Of a DNA stretch of 64,000 bases, positions 22,566 to 30,633 are shown one piece after another. The DNA is from Nitrospirota bacterium (GTDB lineage: Bacteria; Nitrospirota; Thermodesulfovibrionia; Thermodesulfovibrionales; Dissulfurispiraceae). Position 1 is the first letter of the stretch, and each line of letters begins with the position of its first letter. The position numbers were made by a program, and so were the translations under genes. The stretch is from NCBI GenBank assembly GCA_040754455.1, contig JBFMCP010000003.1, forward strand, positions 32,001 through 96,000, in the 5' to 3' direction. The notes under the pieces were generated by a model, which ran no database searches, was not told where the DNA came from, and was given only the letters and a program-made list of their open reading frames with translations.

Positions 22566-23543
22566 ATGAAAAGCGGAAGCAACCTTGAAAGAGTCATTGC
22601 AAGCGGAAAACCTGCGGTAACGGCCGAGCTGGGCCCGCCCATGAGCGCCGACCCGCACGAAGTCATAAAAAAAGCTCGGCTGCTCAAAGGCACCTGTGAT
22701 GCGGCAAACATCACCGATTGCCAGACCGCAGTGGTGCGTATATCGAGCATCGCTGCAGCAGTCATTGCACTGAGAGAGGGTCTCGAGCCGGTCATGCAGA
22801 TGACCTGCCGTGATCGCAACCGGATCGCCATGCAGGCCGACCTGCTCGGCGCAGCAGCTCTGGGCTTGAAAAACTGCCTGTGCATCGCCGGTGACCACCA
22901 GTCCTTCAGCGCAGCAGGAAGACTGAAAGGCCATCCGGGCGCCAAGAACGTCTATGATGTGGATTCCATACAGCTCGTCGGCATTTTAAAGAAGATGCGC
23001 GATGAAGGCCTGCAGGAAGGCGGCGACAAGATCGAGGTGCCTCCCAAGTTCTTCATCGGCGCGGCCTTCACCCCCGGCGGCGAGCCCCTGGACTTCCGCC
23101 CCTACCGTCTGAAAAAGAAGGTGGATGCGGGCGCGGACTTTATCCAGACACAGGGTATCTATGACGTAGAGCAGTTCAAGAAACAGATGGAGATCGTAAG
23201 AAATCTCGGACTCCATGAGCGGACAGCGATCCTCGGCGGCATTATCGTTCCCAAGAGCGCAATGATGCTCAAGTACATGGATTCCTCTGTTGCGGGCGTC
23301 AGCGTTCCTAAGCCTCTGATTGAGCGAATGCTCAAGGCCAAGGAGTCTGCCGGTGACGATAAAAAGAAACAGAAAGAGGCGCAGGAAGCCGAGGGTATCA
23401 AGATCGCCGTCGAGCTGATCCAGCAGGTCCTCGAAATCCCCGGCATCAAAGGCGTACACATCCAGGCAATCGAGTGGGAAAGCGCCATGGAGGGCATCGT
23501 CAAGGCCGCTGGCCTCTGGCCGCGGCCCACTTTTAACGATTAA
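22566..23543 (+). CDS. metF: methylenetetrahydrofolate reductase
   Basis: TAELGPP, ANITD, QMTCRDRNRIAMQ, AGDH, KKVDAGADFIQTQ. Confidence 0.95.
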   Translation: MKSGSNLERVIASGKPAVTAELGPPMSADPHEVIKKARLLKGTCDAANITDCQTAVVRISSIAAAVIALREGLEPVMQMTCRDRNRIAMQADLLGAAALGLKNCLCIAGDHQSFSAAGRLKGHPGAKNVYDVDSIQLVGILKKMRDEGLQEGGDKIEVPPKFFIGAAFTPGGEPLDFRPYRLKKKVDAGADFIQTQGIYDVEQFKKQMEIVRNLGLHERTAILGGIIVPKSAMMLKYMDSSVAGVSVPKPLIERMLKAKESAGDDKKKQKEAQEAEGIKIAVELIQQVLEIPGIKGVHIQAIEWESAMEGIVKAAGLWPRPTFND

Positions 23544-23562
23544 TCCCACAGATACTTCAACG

Positions 23563-23596
23563 AGGGCGCTGTCTCGCGGCAGCGCCCTTTTTATTT
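23563..23596 (+). terminator. rho-independent terminator after metF
   Basis: AGGGCGCTGTC-tcgc-GGCAGCGCCCT followed by a T-run. Confidence 0.85.
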
Positions 23597-23753
23597 GCCC
23601 GGTAATTTATAAGGCAAACTGCTTAATATATAAAGTAATATACAAGGCTATTTAAGTTCCCCCCGAAAATCGCCGATAAAATGACCGAAGCAGTGATGTG
23701 CGTCACATCAAGGGCTGATGACCTTCGTTTAAGCTTAGCTCACAGGAACAATT

Positions 23754-24965
23754 ATGGCGACAACGTTTAAATGGTCGGGAAAAACATTGCAGGGTGTAGT
23801 AAAGAGCGGTGAAATGGCTGCCAGCAGCAGGGACGAACTCATCTCTTTGCTGAGAAGACAGGGCATCATCCCGACGGTGATAAATGAGAAGAAAGGCGGA
23901 AAAGCAGCCGGAGGGAAAAAGAAAAAGATCACCGATAAAGACCTGGTCGTCTTCACCCGCCAGTTCGCCACGATGTTTACTGCAGGTATCCCTATTGTGC
24001 AAGGTCTGGATATCCTCTCAAAACAGACAGAAAACAGGTCGCTCGGGATTGTTATTGCCGAGATAAAAAATGATGTCGAGACCGGAACCACCCTTGCCGA
24101 TGCGCTGAAAAAACATAAAAAGATCTTCGATGATCTTTATATACACCTGGTAGCTGCCGGTGAAGCGGGCGGTGTGCTCGACAACGTGCTTCTCAGGCTG
24201 GCAGGATATATCGAGAAGGCGATGAAGCTGAAGAAGAAAGTCAAAGGCGCCATGATTTATCCAAGCATCGTTATTTCGGTCGCCGTGCTTGTGATCTCAA
24301 TTATTATGGTTTTTGTTATTCCGATATTTGCAAAAATATTTACTGAAATGGGTGCCAAATTGCCCGCACCGACACAAAGCGTCATATGGCTGAGCAGCTT
24401 TCTTGGCGGCATCGGAGGCGTCATTATACTCCTTGGAATCATTGCGACAATTTTCGGCATCAGACAATACCGTCGGACAGAGGCCGGCAGGAAAAAAACA
24501 GACCGAATCTTTCTTAAGATGCCTATCATAGGCGACCTTTTGAGGAAGGTTGCTGTAGCACGGTTTACACGAACACTGGGAACCCTCCTCAGCAGCGGCG
24601 TGCCCATACTCGATGGTCTCGACATCTGCGCTAAATCTTCAGGGAATAAGGTCGTCGAAGAGGTCGTCTTTGGAGTCAAGAAGGAGGTAGCTTCAGGGAA
24701 AACTGTTGCAGAGCCTCTTTCTAAATCACCCGTCTTCCCTCCCATGGTCTGTCAGATGATCAACGTAGGTGAATCCACCGGTGCACTCGATGCGATGCTT
24801 GTTAAAATAGCTGATTTTTATGATGATGAAGTGGACAACGCCGTAGCCAACCTTACGACCATGCTTGAGCCCATGCTGATGGTATTTTTGGGAACCACTA
24901 TCGGTTATATCGTCATCGCCCTGTATCTGCCTATCTTCAAGATGGGAGAAGTCATAGGGAAGTAA
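23754..24965 (+). CDS. pilC: type IV pilus platform protein PilC
   Basis: FTRQFATM, AGEAGGVLD, KVKGAMIYP, GESTGALD, ALYLPIF. Confidence 0.95.
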   Translation: MATTFKWSGKTLQGVVKSGEMAASSRDELISLLRRQGIIPTVINEKKGGKAAGGKKKKITDKDLVVFTRQFATMFTAGIPIVQGLDILSKQTENRSLGIVIAEIKNDVETGTTLADALKKHKKIFDDLYIHLVAAGEAGGVLDNVLLRLAGYIEKAMKLKKKVKGAMIYPSIVISVAVLVISIIMVFVIPIFAKIFTEMGAKLPAPTQSVIWLSSFLGGIGGVIILLGIIATIFGIRQYRRTEAGRKKTDRIFLKMPIIGDLLRKVAVARFTRTLGTLLSSGVPILDGLDICAKSSGNKVVEEVVFGVKKEVASGKTVAEPLSKSPVFPPMVCQMINVGESTGALDAMLVKIADFYDDEVDNAVANLTTMLEPMLMVFLGTTIGYIVIALYLPIFKMGEVIGK

Positions 24966-24981
24966 GAATACGTCGTAGTTC

Positions 24982-26325
24982 TTACTTCTCACCTTTATAC
25001 TTTGAGAGCCTATATCTGAACTCCCTGAATGATAGCCCTAAAAGCTCTGCCGCCTTTGTCTTTACACCATTTGCCTTTTCAAGCGCCTTATTAAGAAAGT
25101 CTTTTTCCATAGTACAAAGGTATTCGTTCAGGTTTATTCCCTCATCAGGGAAATCAGTCGAAAAGTGATTCTGTGGTACTGACGGAGGACAGGAAGTACA
25201 CTTAAGCAGTCCATTTTCGGAAAGGATGATCTCCCGCTCTATAATGTTTTTCAGTTCCCTTACATTGCCTCGCAGATCGTGATGCATTATGTAGTCGATA
25301 AAGGCCGGGTCAATCTTCGTTATCTCTTTCTGAAATTTCTTGGAGAGCACCTTTACAAAGTGATCGATGAGCAAAGGGATATCTTCCTTTCTCTCTCTCA
25401 AAGAGGGGAGCCGTATCTCGAAGGTCGAGAGCCGGTAGTACAGGTCCTCTCTGAACTCTCCTTTTGCGGATGACTCATTAAGGGACTTGTTCGTTGCTGC
25501 AACAATCCTTACATCCACATCAATTTCACTGCTGCTGCCGAGGGGGCGTATCCTTTTGTCTTCGAGGAATCGCAACAGTTTTGCCTGGAGTGAAAGCGGC
25601 ATTTCGCCGATTTCATCGAGAAAAAGCGTACCGCTGTTCGCTTCTTCAATAAGGCCCCTTTTGGAGGTATACGCACCGGTAAAGGAACCTTTCGCATACC
25701 CGAACAGCTCACTCTCAAGAAGCTCTGCCGGAAGGCTTGCGCAATTTATTGCGACAAAAGGTTTGTCTGTCCGAACCCCTCTATTATGAATTGCTTTGGC
25801 CACAAGCTCCTTGCCCGTTCCGCTCTCGCCAATTAATAAAACATTGGTGTCGAAGGGCGCTATCTTCTCGATCATGTTAAAGACTCTTTTCATAGCCTCT
25901 GATTTGCCGATAATGCTCTGGTAGGCATCGGCATATTGCTGCAGCTCTCTGACTCTCTTCTGGAGAAGGATCTTCTCTTTGATGTTCTTCAGTACAACTC
26001 TTATTTCATCAAGATTAAAGGGTTTGGTGACGTAATCATATGCTCCGAGCTTCATTGCCGAGATGGCAGTTTCAGTAGAGGCAAAGGCGGTAACAATAAG
26101 TACAATGGTTTCGGGATGCTGTTCTTTTATGACTTTAAGCAGATCTATGCCAGAGCCGTCTCCGAGACGAAGATCTACGATGGCGATGTCAAAGTAGTGC
26201 TGACTGATCAGGCTATTTGCCTCACCGATACCCGAGGCTTCATTAACAACAAGGCCGCTTTCGGAAAGGAGGTGCTGCAATACCTTCCGTATATTCTGTT
26301 CATCATCGACAATGAGCGCACGCAT
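24982..26325 (-). CDS. pilR: sigma54 response regulator PilR
   Basis: REC domain, GESGTGKE, GSFTGA, HTH ending LSFREFRYRLSK; pilus locus context. Confidence 0.88.
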   Translation of the reverse strand: MRALIVDDEQNIRKVLQHLLSESGLVVNEASGIGEANSLISQHYFDIAIVDLRLGDGSGIDLLKVIKEQHPETIVLIVTAFASTETAISAMKLGAYDYVTKPFNLDEIRVVLKNIKEKILLQKRVRELQQYADAYQSIIGKSEAMKRVFNMIEKIAPFDTNVLLIGESGTGKELVAKAIHNRGVRTDKPFVAINCASLPAELLESELFGYAKGSFTGAYTSKRGLIEEANSGTLFLDEIGEMPLSLQAKLLRFLEDKRIRPLGSSSEIDVDVRIVAATNKSLNESSAKGEFREDLYYRLSTFEIRLPSLRERKEDIPLLIDHFVKVLSKKFQKEITKIDPAFIDYIMHHDLRGNVRELKNIIEREIILSENGLLKCTSCPPSVPQNHFSTDFPDEGINLNEYLCTMEKDFLNKALEKANGVKTKAAELLGLSFREFRYRLSKYKGEK

Positions 26326-26341
26326 GAGTATCCCTCCTTAT

Positions 26342-27511
26342 TTACTCCATGGGAAACATAATCGAGAACTTTGCTCCGCCGAGCGCGGACTTATCGACCA
26401 TGATAGTGCCGCCAAAGCTGGTGATCATCCTGTAGGCGATCGCAAGTCCCAGACCCGTGCCGGTCGCTTTTGTAGTAACAAAAGGCTCGAATATCTTGTC
26501 CCTCATATCTTCCTCTACGCCTGCCCCATCATCCTCGATATCGATAGCAACCCTCCTCTCACCCCCCCTTGCCGAAGGGGGGAGAGGGGGATTACTCCGT
26601 AGTGTCACTTTTATCTCGGATTTTGCAGCCTCAATGGAGTTCTTTATAACATTCCTTACGGCAACCTCCATGAATGTCCTGTTCGCAGTGATTGCCGCAT
26701 TTTCCTGTATATCAAAGATGATTTTTTTCCCACAGTCCGGAAGGTCGGCTGCATACTTTATAACCTCTGATAAATTCACGCTCTCCTTTGGAGCATCGGA
26801 GGGCCGCGAAAAGAGGAGAAAATCATTCACCAGAGTATTGAGCCGACTCGTCTCTGTGCAGAGCATTTCAACGAAGTCAGCCGCACTTTTGCCCTCCTTC
26901 AGGAATTGGGCGGCTGCTGTTATAGAGGCAAGGGGATTTCTTAACTCATGTGCCAGATCGGCGCTCACACGATAGAGTCGCTCATACCCCTGCATCTTGA
27001 TCCGCTCCTCTTCAAGCCGCTTGATGTACCGCTCCTGGTTCTCCATTCTCGTCTTCAGATAGTCACCGGCAAGCGCAATAAGGGAGAAAGCAAGGAAGTG
27101 CAGCAATATATTTAAAATGCTTTCTCTTTCCAGAATCATATTGCCGATATAGTACGTCGCAGCATAGAGAACGGTTGCACTGAGAGGAAAGAGCACCGTC
27201 TTTTTTGTCTCTATCAGCACCGAGCCGAAGAAAATAGGGAAAAGATAGAGGAGTGTCAGATAGGAATAGATCCCGAAGCTTAAGTACACCATTGCTGAAA
27301 TGAAAACAATGTCCAGGAGAAAGTCAAAATAATTTGCTTTTTCCGACCTGATCATAAGCCTCATGAGAACAATAGCGCAATAAATAATCAGTACATTTCG
27401 CAAGCTTGGATTTGCATAGGGAAGGCCTGCAATTTGAAAGGCAATGAGCAGGGTCAGCGCAAAGATAAATCGTCCGATCTTGTAGTAATTGAAATAAGAT
27501 GCCGAGTACAT
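26342..27511 (-). CDS. pilS: membrane sensor kinase PilS-like
   Basis: About 6 TM N-terminus, AHELRNPLASI, DDGAG, GTGLGL; divergent from pilA. Confidence 0.82.
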   Translation of the reverse strand: MYSASYFNYYKIGRFIFALTLLIAFQIAGLPYANPSLRNVLIIYCAIVLMRLMIRSEKANYFDFLLDIVFISAMVYLSFGIYSYLTLLYLFPIFFGSVLIETKKTVLFPLSATVLYAATYYIGNMILERESILNILLHFLAFSLIALAGDYLKTRMENQERYIKRLEEERIKMQGYERLYRVSADLAHELRNPLASITAAAQFLKEGKSAADFVEMLCTETSRLNTLVNDFLLFSRPSDAPKESVNLSEVIKYAADLPDCGKKIIFDIQENAAITANRTFMEVAVRNVIKNSIEAAKSEIKVTLRSNPPLPPSARGGERRVAIDIEDDGAGVEEDMRDKIFEPFVTTKATGTGLGLAIAYRMITSFGGTIMVDKSALGGAKFSIMFPME

Positions 27512-27520
27512 TTGGCCATT

Positions 27521-27549
27521 AGTCTAAGTTTATTGACAATTTTTGTCAA
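27521..27549 (-). promoter_or_regulatory. sigma70 promoter of pilSR
   Basis: Minus strand TTGACA-N17-TAGACT, 9 nt before the pilS ATG. Confidence 0.7.
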
Positions 27550-27555
27550 TAAACT
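27527..27555. promoter_or_regulatory. perfect 13-bp inverted repeat, candidate PilR enhancer
   Basis: AGTTTATTGACAA-ttt-TTGTCAATAAACT; weaker copy TGCCCATAATTGTCA just downstream. Confidence 0.65.
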
Positions 27556-27643
27556 GGTGCCCATAATTGTCAAACAGCACATCTTAGGCAGAACCTGAAA
27601 AAATATTTAGTTAAATTACAGAAACTTACTTAACCAAACATTC

Positions 27644-27659
27644 TGGCACAGAACATGCT
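27644..27659 (+). promoter_or_regulatory. sigma54 promoter of pilA
   Basis: TGGCACagaacATGCT (GG-N10-GC). Confidence 0.8.
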
Positions 27660-27757
27660 TTTAAAGAAGTGCTTGTGAACGCCGATAAAAAGTGGTGCTT
27701 CATGAGCGTATCGATCACCCGCCCTTGGCGGATACAGTGGGAAAAAGGAGGAATAAT

Positions 27758-28180
27758 ATGTTTAAGACTATTCACAAAATGCAGAGGGGAGACGAAAGAG
27801 GTTTCACGCTCGTCGAACTGCTCATCGTCATCGCAATCATTGCAATCCTCGCAGCGATCGCAATCCCGCAGTTTGCACAGTATCGGCAGAGAGGGATACG
27901 TGCAAGCATGGTATCTGATGCAAGAAACTGCGCTACAAACCTTGAGGCTTACTTCTCCGATAACCAAACCTATGCCGGTGCCGTAGTTGCAACTCAGTGT
28001 CCAGGCGTTAGTGGTAATAATGTTATTGCCCTGCCTACACTTACCGCAACTACTTATGCTATTACTGTTACCAATGCCGCTGCTGGTGCATTTAGCCCTG
28101 TCACATTAACAAATGATGCTAATGGAGATGGCACTGCTGGTGATGCAGGCTGTACTTGGGCTAATGGTCAAGCATGCTAA
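27758..28180 (+). CDS. pilA: type IVa major pilin
   Basis: AGGAGG RBS; prepilin site G|FTLVELLIVIAIIAILAAIAIPQF; followed by a terminator. Confidence 0.93.
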   Translation: MFKTIHKMQRGDERGFTLVELLIVIAIIAILAAIAIPQFAQYRQRGIRASMVSDARNCATNLEAYFSDNQTYAGAVVATQCPGVSGNNVIALPTLTATTYAITVTNAAAGAFSPVTLTNDANGDGTAGDAGCTWANGQAC

Positions 28181-28199
28181 TCGCAGTAAAATAGTTTAT

Positions 28200-28229
28200 A
28201 AAAAGGGGCGCAACATGCGCCCCTTTTTT
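28200..28229 (+). terminator. rho-independent terminator after pilA
   Basis: AAAAAGGGGCGCA-aca-TGCGCCCCTTTTTT. Confidence 0.9.
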
Positions 28230-28288
28230 AATAGTAACAATTCAAAATACTACAATCCATTGCAGTACTGTGCAACAGATTTCATATT

Positions 28289-28308
28289 TTGTGTAATAGA
28301 TTACACAA
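28289..28308. promoter_or_regulatory. perfect palindrome, candidate enhancer for the minor-pilin operon
   Basis: TTGTGTAAT-ag-ATTACACAA. Confidence 0.55.
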
Positions 28309-28368
28309 TGTGTCATCATGAATTGAAAGACACCCTTGAAAGTTCGTCCCAAAAAAAACATCCCCTGT

Positions 28369-28384
28369 TGGCATCTTACTTGCT
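28369..28384 (+). promoter_or_regulatory. sigma54 promoter of the minor-pilin operon
   Basis: TGGCATcttacTTGCT (GG 28370-71, GC 28382-83). Confidence 0.75.
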
Positions 28385-28409
28385 ATTTCCTTAGGTAATG
28401 AAAAGGTCT

Positions 28410-28913
28410 ATGAAACAAGAGAGACAAGATGGCTTTTCACTCGTTGAAGTCCTTATAACTATCGCAATTATCACCATTGTGCTAACAATCGCAATTCCTT
28501 CCTTCCAGGGGTATGCTATCAATAGAAATTTGAAGGCTGCAGCACGGAGTATCGAAAGCGACATTTTCGAGCTCAAAGAACGGGCGATAGCTGAAAACAG
28601 ACAATATAGAATGACCTTCACTGTCGGCACCGGCACCTATACCATTGATCAATGCACGGTGACAGGGTCTAGCTGTCCGGCCTGGCAGGCGCCTGTAGGC
28701 ATTCAGCAGAATAAAACACTCGCTTCTTTTGACAATAGTATAAACATTACCAGCGCAGCTTTTGCCGGCGGGGGCCCCACCGTCCTATTTCAAACAAGGG
28801 GGACCGTTAACGGGACTGGAGGAAGCGTTACTATTACCAACAGTCGTGGATCAAGCGCGGTGATAGCGGTCAATATTACAGGGAGGGCAAGTGTCAGGTT
28901 CGATCTGCAATAA
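28410..28913 (+). CDS. fimU: FimT/FimU (GspH-like) minor pilin
   Basis: G|FSLVEVLI prepilin motif; F..RG motif near the C-terminus; start 28410 preferred (28398 possible). Confidence 0.8.
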   Translation: MKQERQDGFSLVEVLITIAIITIVLTIAIPSFQGYAINRNLKAAARSIESDIFELKERAIAENRQYRMTFTVGTGTYTIDQCTVTGSSCPAWQAPVGIQQNKTLASFDNSINITSAAFAGGGPTVLFQTRGTVNGTGGSVTITNSRGSSAVIAVNITGRASVRFDLQ

Positions 28914-29346
28914 AAAAGGCCTCAGCATGATCGAGGTGCTCATTGCGCTGTTCCTCACCATGATCGGCGTGATGGCGCTCATCAGCATGCAGCCGCAGGG
29001 CTGGCTTCTTGCCGGAAAGTCCGATTATTTAGGCAGGGCATCCGAGCTCTTAATCAAGGAGCTCCAGAGAAATGAAACACTCATAATGAATCCTTGCAAT
29101 GCGGTTGCGGCAGGGACAACGAATCAGATCAGGTTTGCCAGCGGTCAGGCTGCTGCACAGCCTGGAGACGCGCAATTTAATGTGCAGACAACTATTGCTC
29201 CTTCGGCAATTACGGCGAACGCCTGGAATGTAACGGTAACCGTCACGTGGACCGGCAACCCCGTCGGCATCACTGAAAGCCTTGTAGTGACACGGCAGGA
29301 TGCCTATTGCCAGGGGTGCTCGATGGGCACTCCCTATTGTCCATAA
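28891..29346 (+). CDS. pilV: PilV-like minor pilin
   Basis: G|LSMIEVLIALF; position in operon. Confidence 0.75.
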   Translation: MSGSICNKKGLSMIEVLIALFLTMIGVMALISMQPQGWLLAGKSDYLGRASELLIKELQRNETLIMNPCNAVAAGTTNQIRFASGQAAAQPGDAQFNVQTTIAPSAITANAWNVTVTVTWTGNPVGITESLVVTRQDAYCQGCSMGTPYCP

Positions 29347-29358
29347 AAAGGACCTGTT

Positions 29359-30099
29359 ATGAAACGATTTGTTGATTCAAGAAAAGCTCTCTATCAAACA
29401 GGATTCACTCTCGTCGAGGTGCTGTTCGCCATTACCATCGGAGTGCTCCTGCTCGGAGCGATCTTTGTTGCTGTGCAATCAGGACAGCGGTCGTCTGTGG
29501 CGATCGAGAGCAAGGTAGCCACGCAGCAGGATGCAAGGGCTGCGCTCGCCATAATGGAAATGGAAATCGGCATGGCATCGTATAACGCCACTTTTGCTCC
29601 GGCTTCTATGTGGCTCAATCCTGCTGATTGCGCTGCTGCCGGCGTTGCTGCTAATAAAGGAATACAAGTTGCAACTGTAAACACGCTGACAGTAGAAATG
29701 GATACCAACGAGAACGGGAGCCTCGCTCCCGGCATTCCAGGGAATCAGAATGAAATAATCAGCTATGTGTACGACATACCAAATCAACGTCTTACCCGCT
29801 CGACGAATTGCGGAGGCGCACAAGAATTCCTTGGCTGCCTGGACGCAGACGGCAACGGACGCTGTGACAGCAACGAGTCTCTGAGGGCAACAAGGATCAT
29901 CAATAATACGCTCGGCATTCCAGTTTTCCAGTACTTTGATGCAACTGGCGCTACGACAGCAAACATTCCTGCCATAAGACGAATCGATATTACCCTTGCC
30001 GTACAGACAGACGAAATAGATCCCAACACAGGACAAAGAAGAACGATGATCTACTCAACCAGTGTTATCCCAAAGAACCATGCGATTTTCCAGAATTGA
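29359..30099 (+). CDS. pilW: PilW-like minor pilin
   Basis: G|FTLVEVL; C-terminal FQYFD...IRRIDITL...PKN. Confidence 0.78.
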   Translation: MKRFVDSRKALYQTGFTLVEVLFAITIGVLLLGAIFVAVQSGQRSSVAIESKVATQQDARAALAIMEMEIGMASYNATFAPASMWLNPADCAAAGVAANKGIQVATVNTLTVEMDTNENGSLAPGIPGNQNEIISYVYDIPNQRLTRSTNCGGAQEFLGCLDADGNGRCDSNESLRATRIINNTLGIPVFQYFDATGATTANIPAIRRIDITLAVQTDEIDPNTGQRRTMIYSTSVIPKNHAIFQN

Positions 30100-30109
30100 G
30101 GAGCCGCCT

Positions 30110-30607
30110 ATGAGGATTATCAAAAATAGAGAGGGCTTTGCCATGATTGCAGCACTCCTTGCCATTCTCATTCTCACGGCAGTAGGCGTGCTGGTCTTTA
30201 CGGTGACCACAAGGGACATAAGAATAAGCGCCAGAGTCACCGGAGAAAAGAAGGCCTTTTCCGCAACCGAAGCAGGGGTCCATCTGCTCATACAACAAAC
30301 GAATATCTTACAGGGCAATATCGCAGGCTATACGGTAAGTCCGGCCCAGCCCGTTAACACACTAAATGACCCTGACACCCGCTACTCCATTACCAATGCG
30401 AATCCGCCCTCTGGTGTGCCGGCGGCAGCAGCATACCCCGGCTATTCATTAAGCAGCGCGGGAGGCTCGCAATCGTGGGGGATGACGATTTTTAACAAAC
30501 GCGTCACAGGGATCAATACGCGATACAACAGCAACGTCGATGTTGATGTAGGGATCGGCTACGGGCCTGTTGAAATAAGCACTTCCCAGCCTGCAGCAGG
30601 TGGATAG
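30110..30607 (+). CDS. pilX: PilX-like minor pilin
   Basis: G|FAMIAALL with no Glu5, AFSATEAG; GAGGAG RBS. Confidence 0.78.
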   Translation: MRIIKNREGFAMIAALLAILILTAVGVLVFTVTTRDIRISARVTGEKKAFSATEAGVHLLIQQTNILQGNIAGYTVSPAQPVNTLNDPDTRYSITNANPPSGVPAAAAYPGYSLSSAGGSQSWGMTIFNKRVTGINTRYNSNVDVDVGIGYGPVEISTSQPAAGG

Positions 30608-30633
30608 CAGGCCTGCCATAAGGAGGTAGTATC

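Noticed and set aside
19050..22945. Long minus-strand ORFs (19050-20471, 21623-22945) and similar ones such as 324-1196 and 4455-5480
   Set aside because: Antisense shadows of well-supported genes with GC-rich third positions; no recognisable motifs.
27803..28177. PilA as an electrically conductive e-pilin
   Set aside because: Aromatics occur at mature positions 1, 24, 27, 50, 51 and 57 as in Geobacter-type pilins, but only 9 of 125 residues are aromatic and there is a 27-residue gap, so support is weak.
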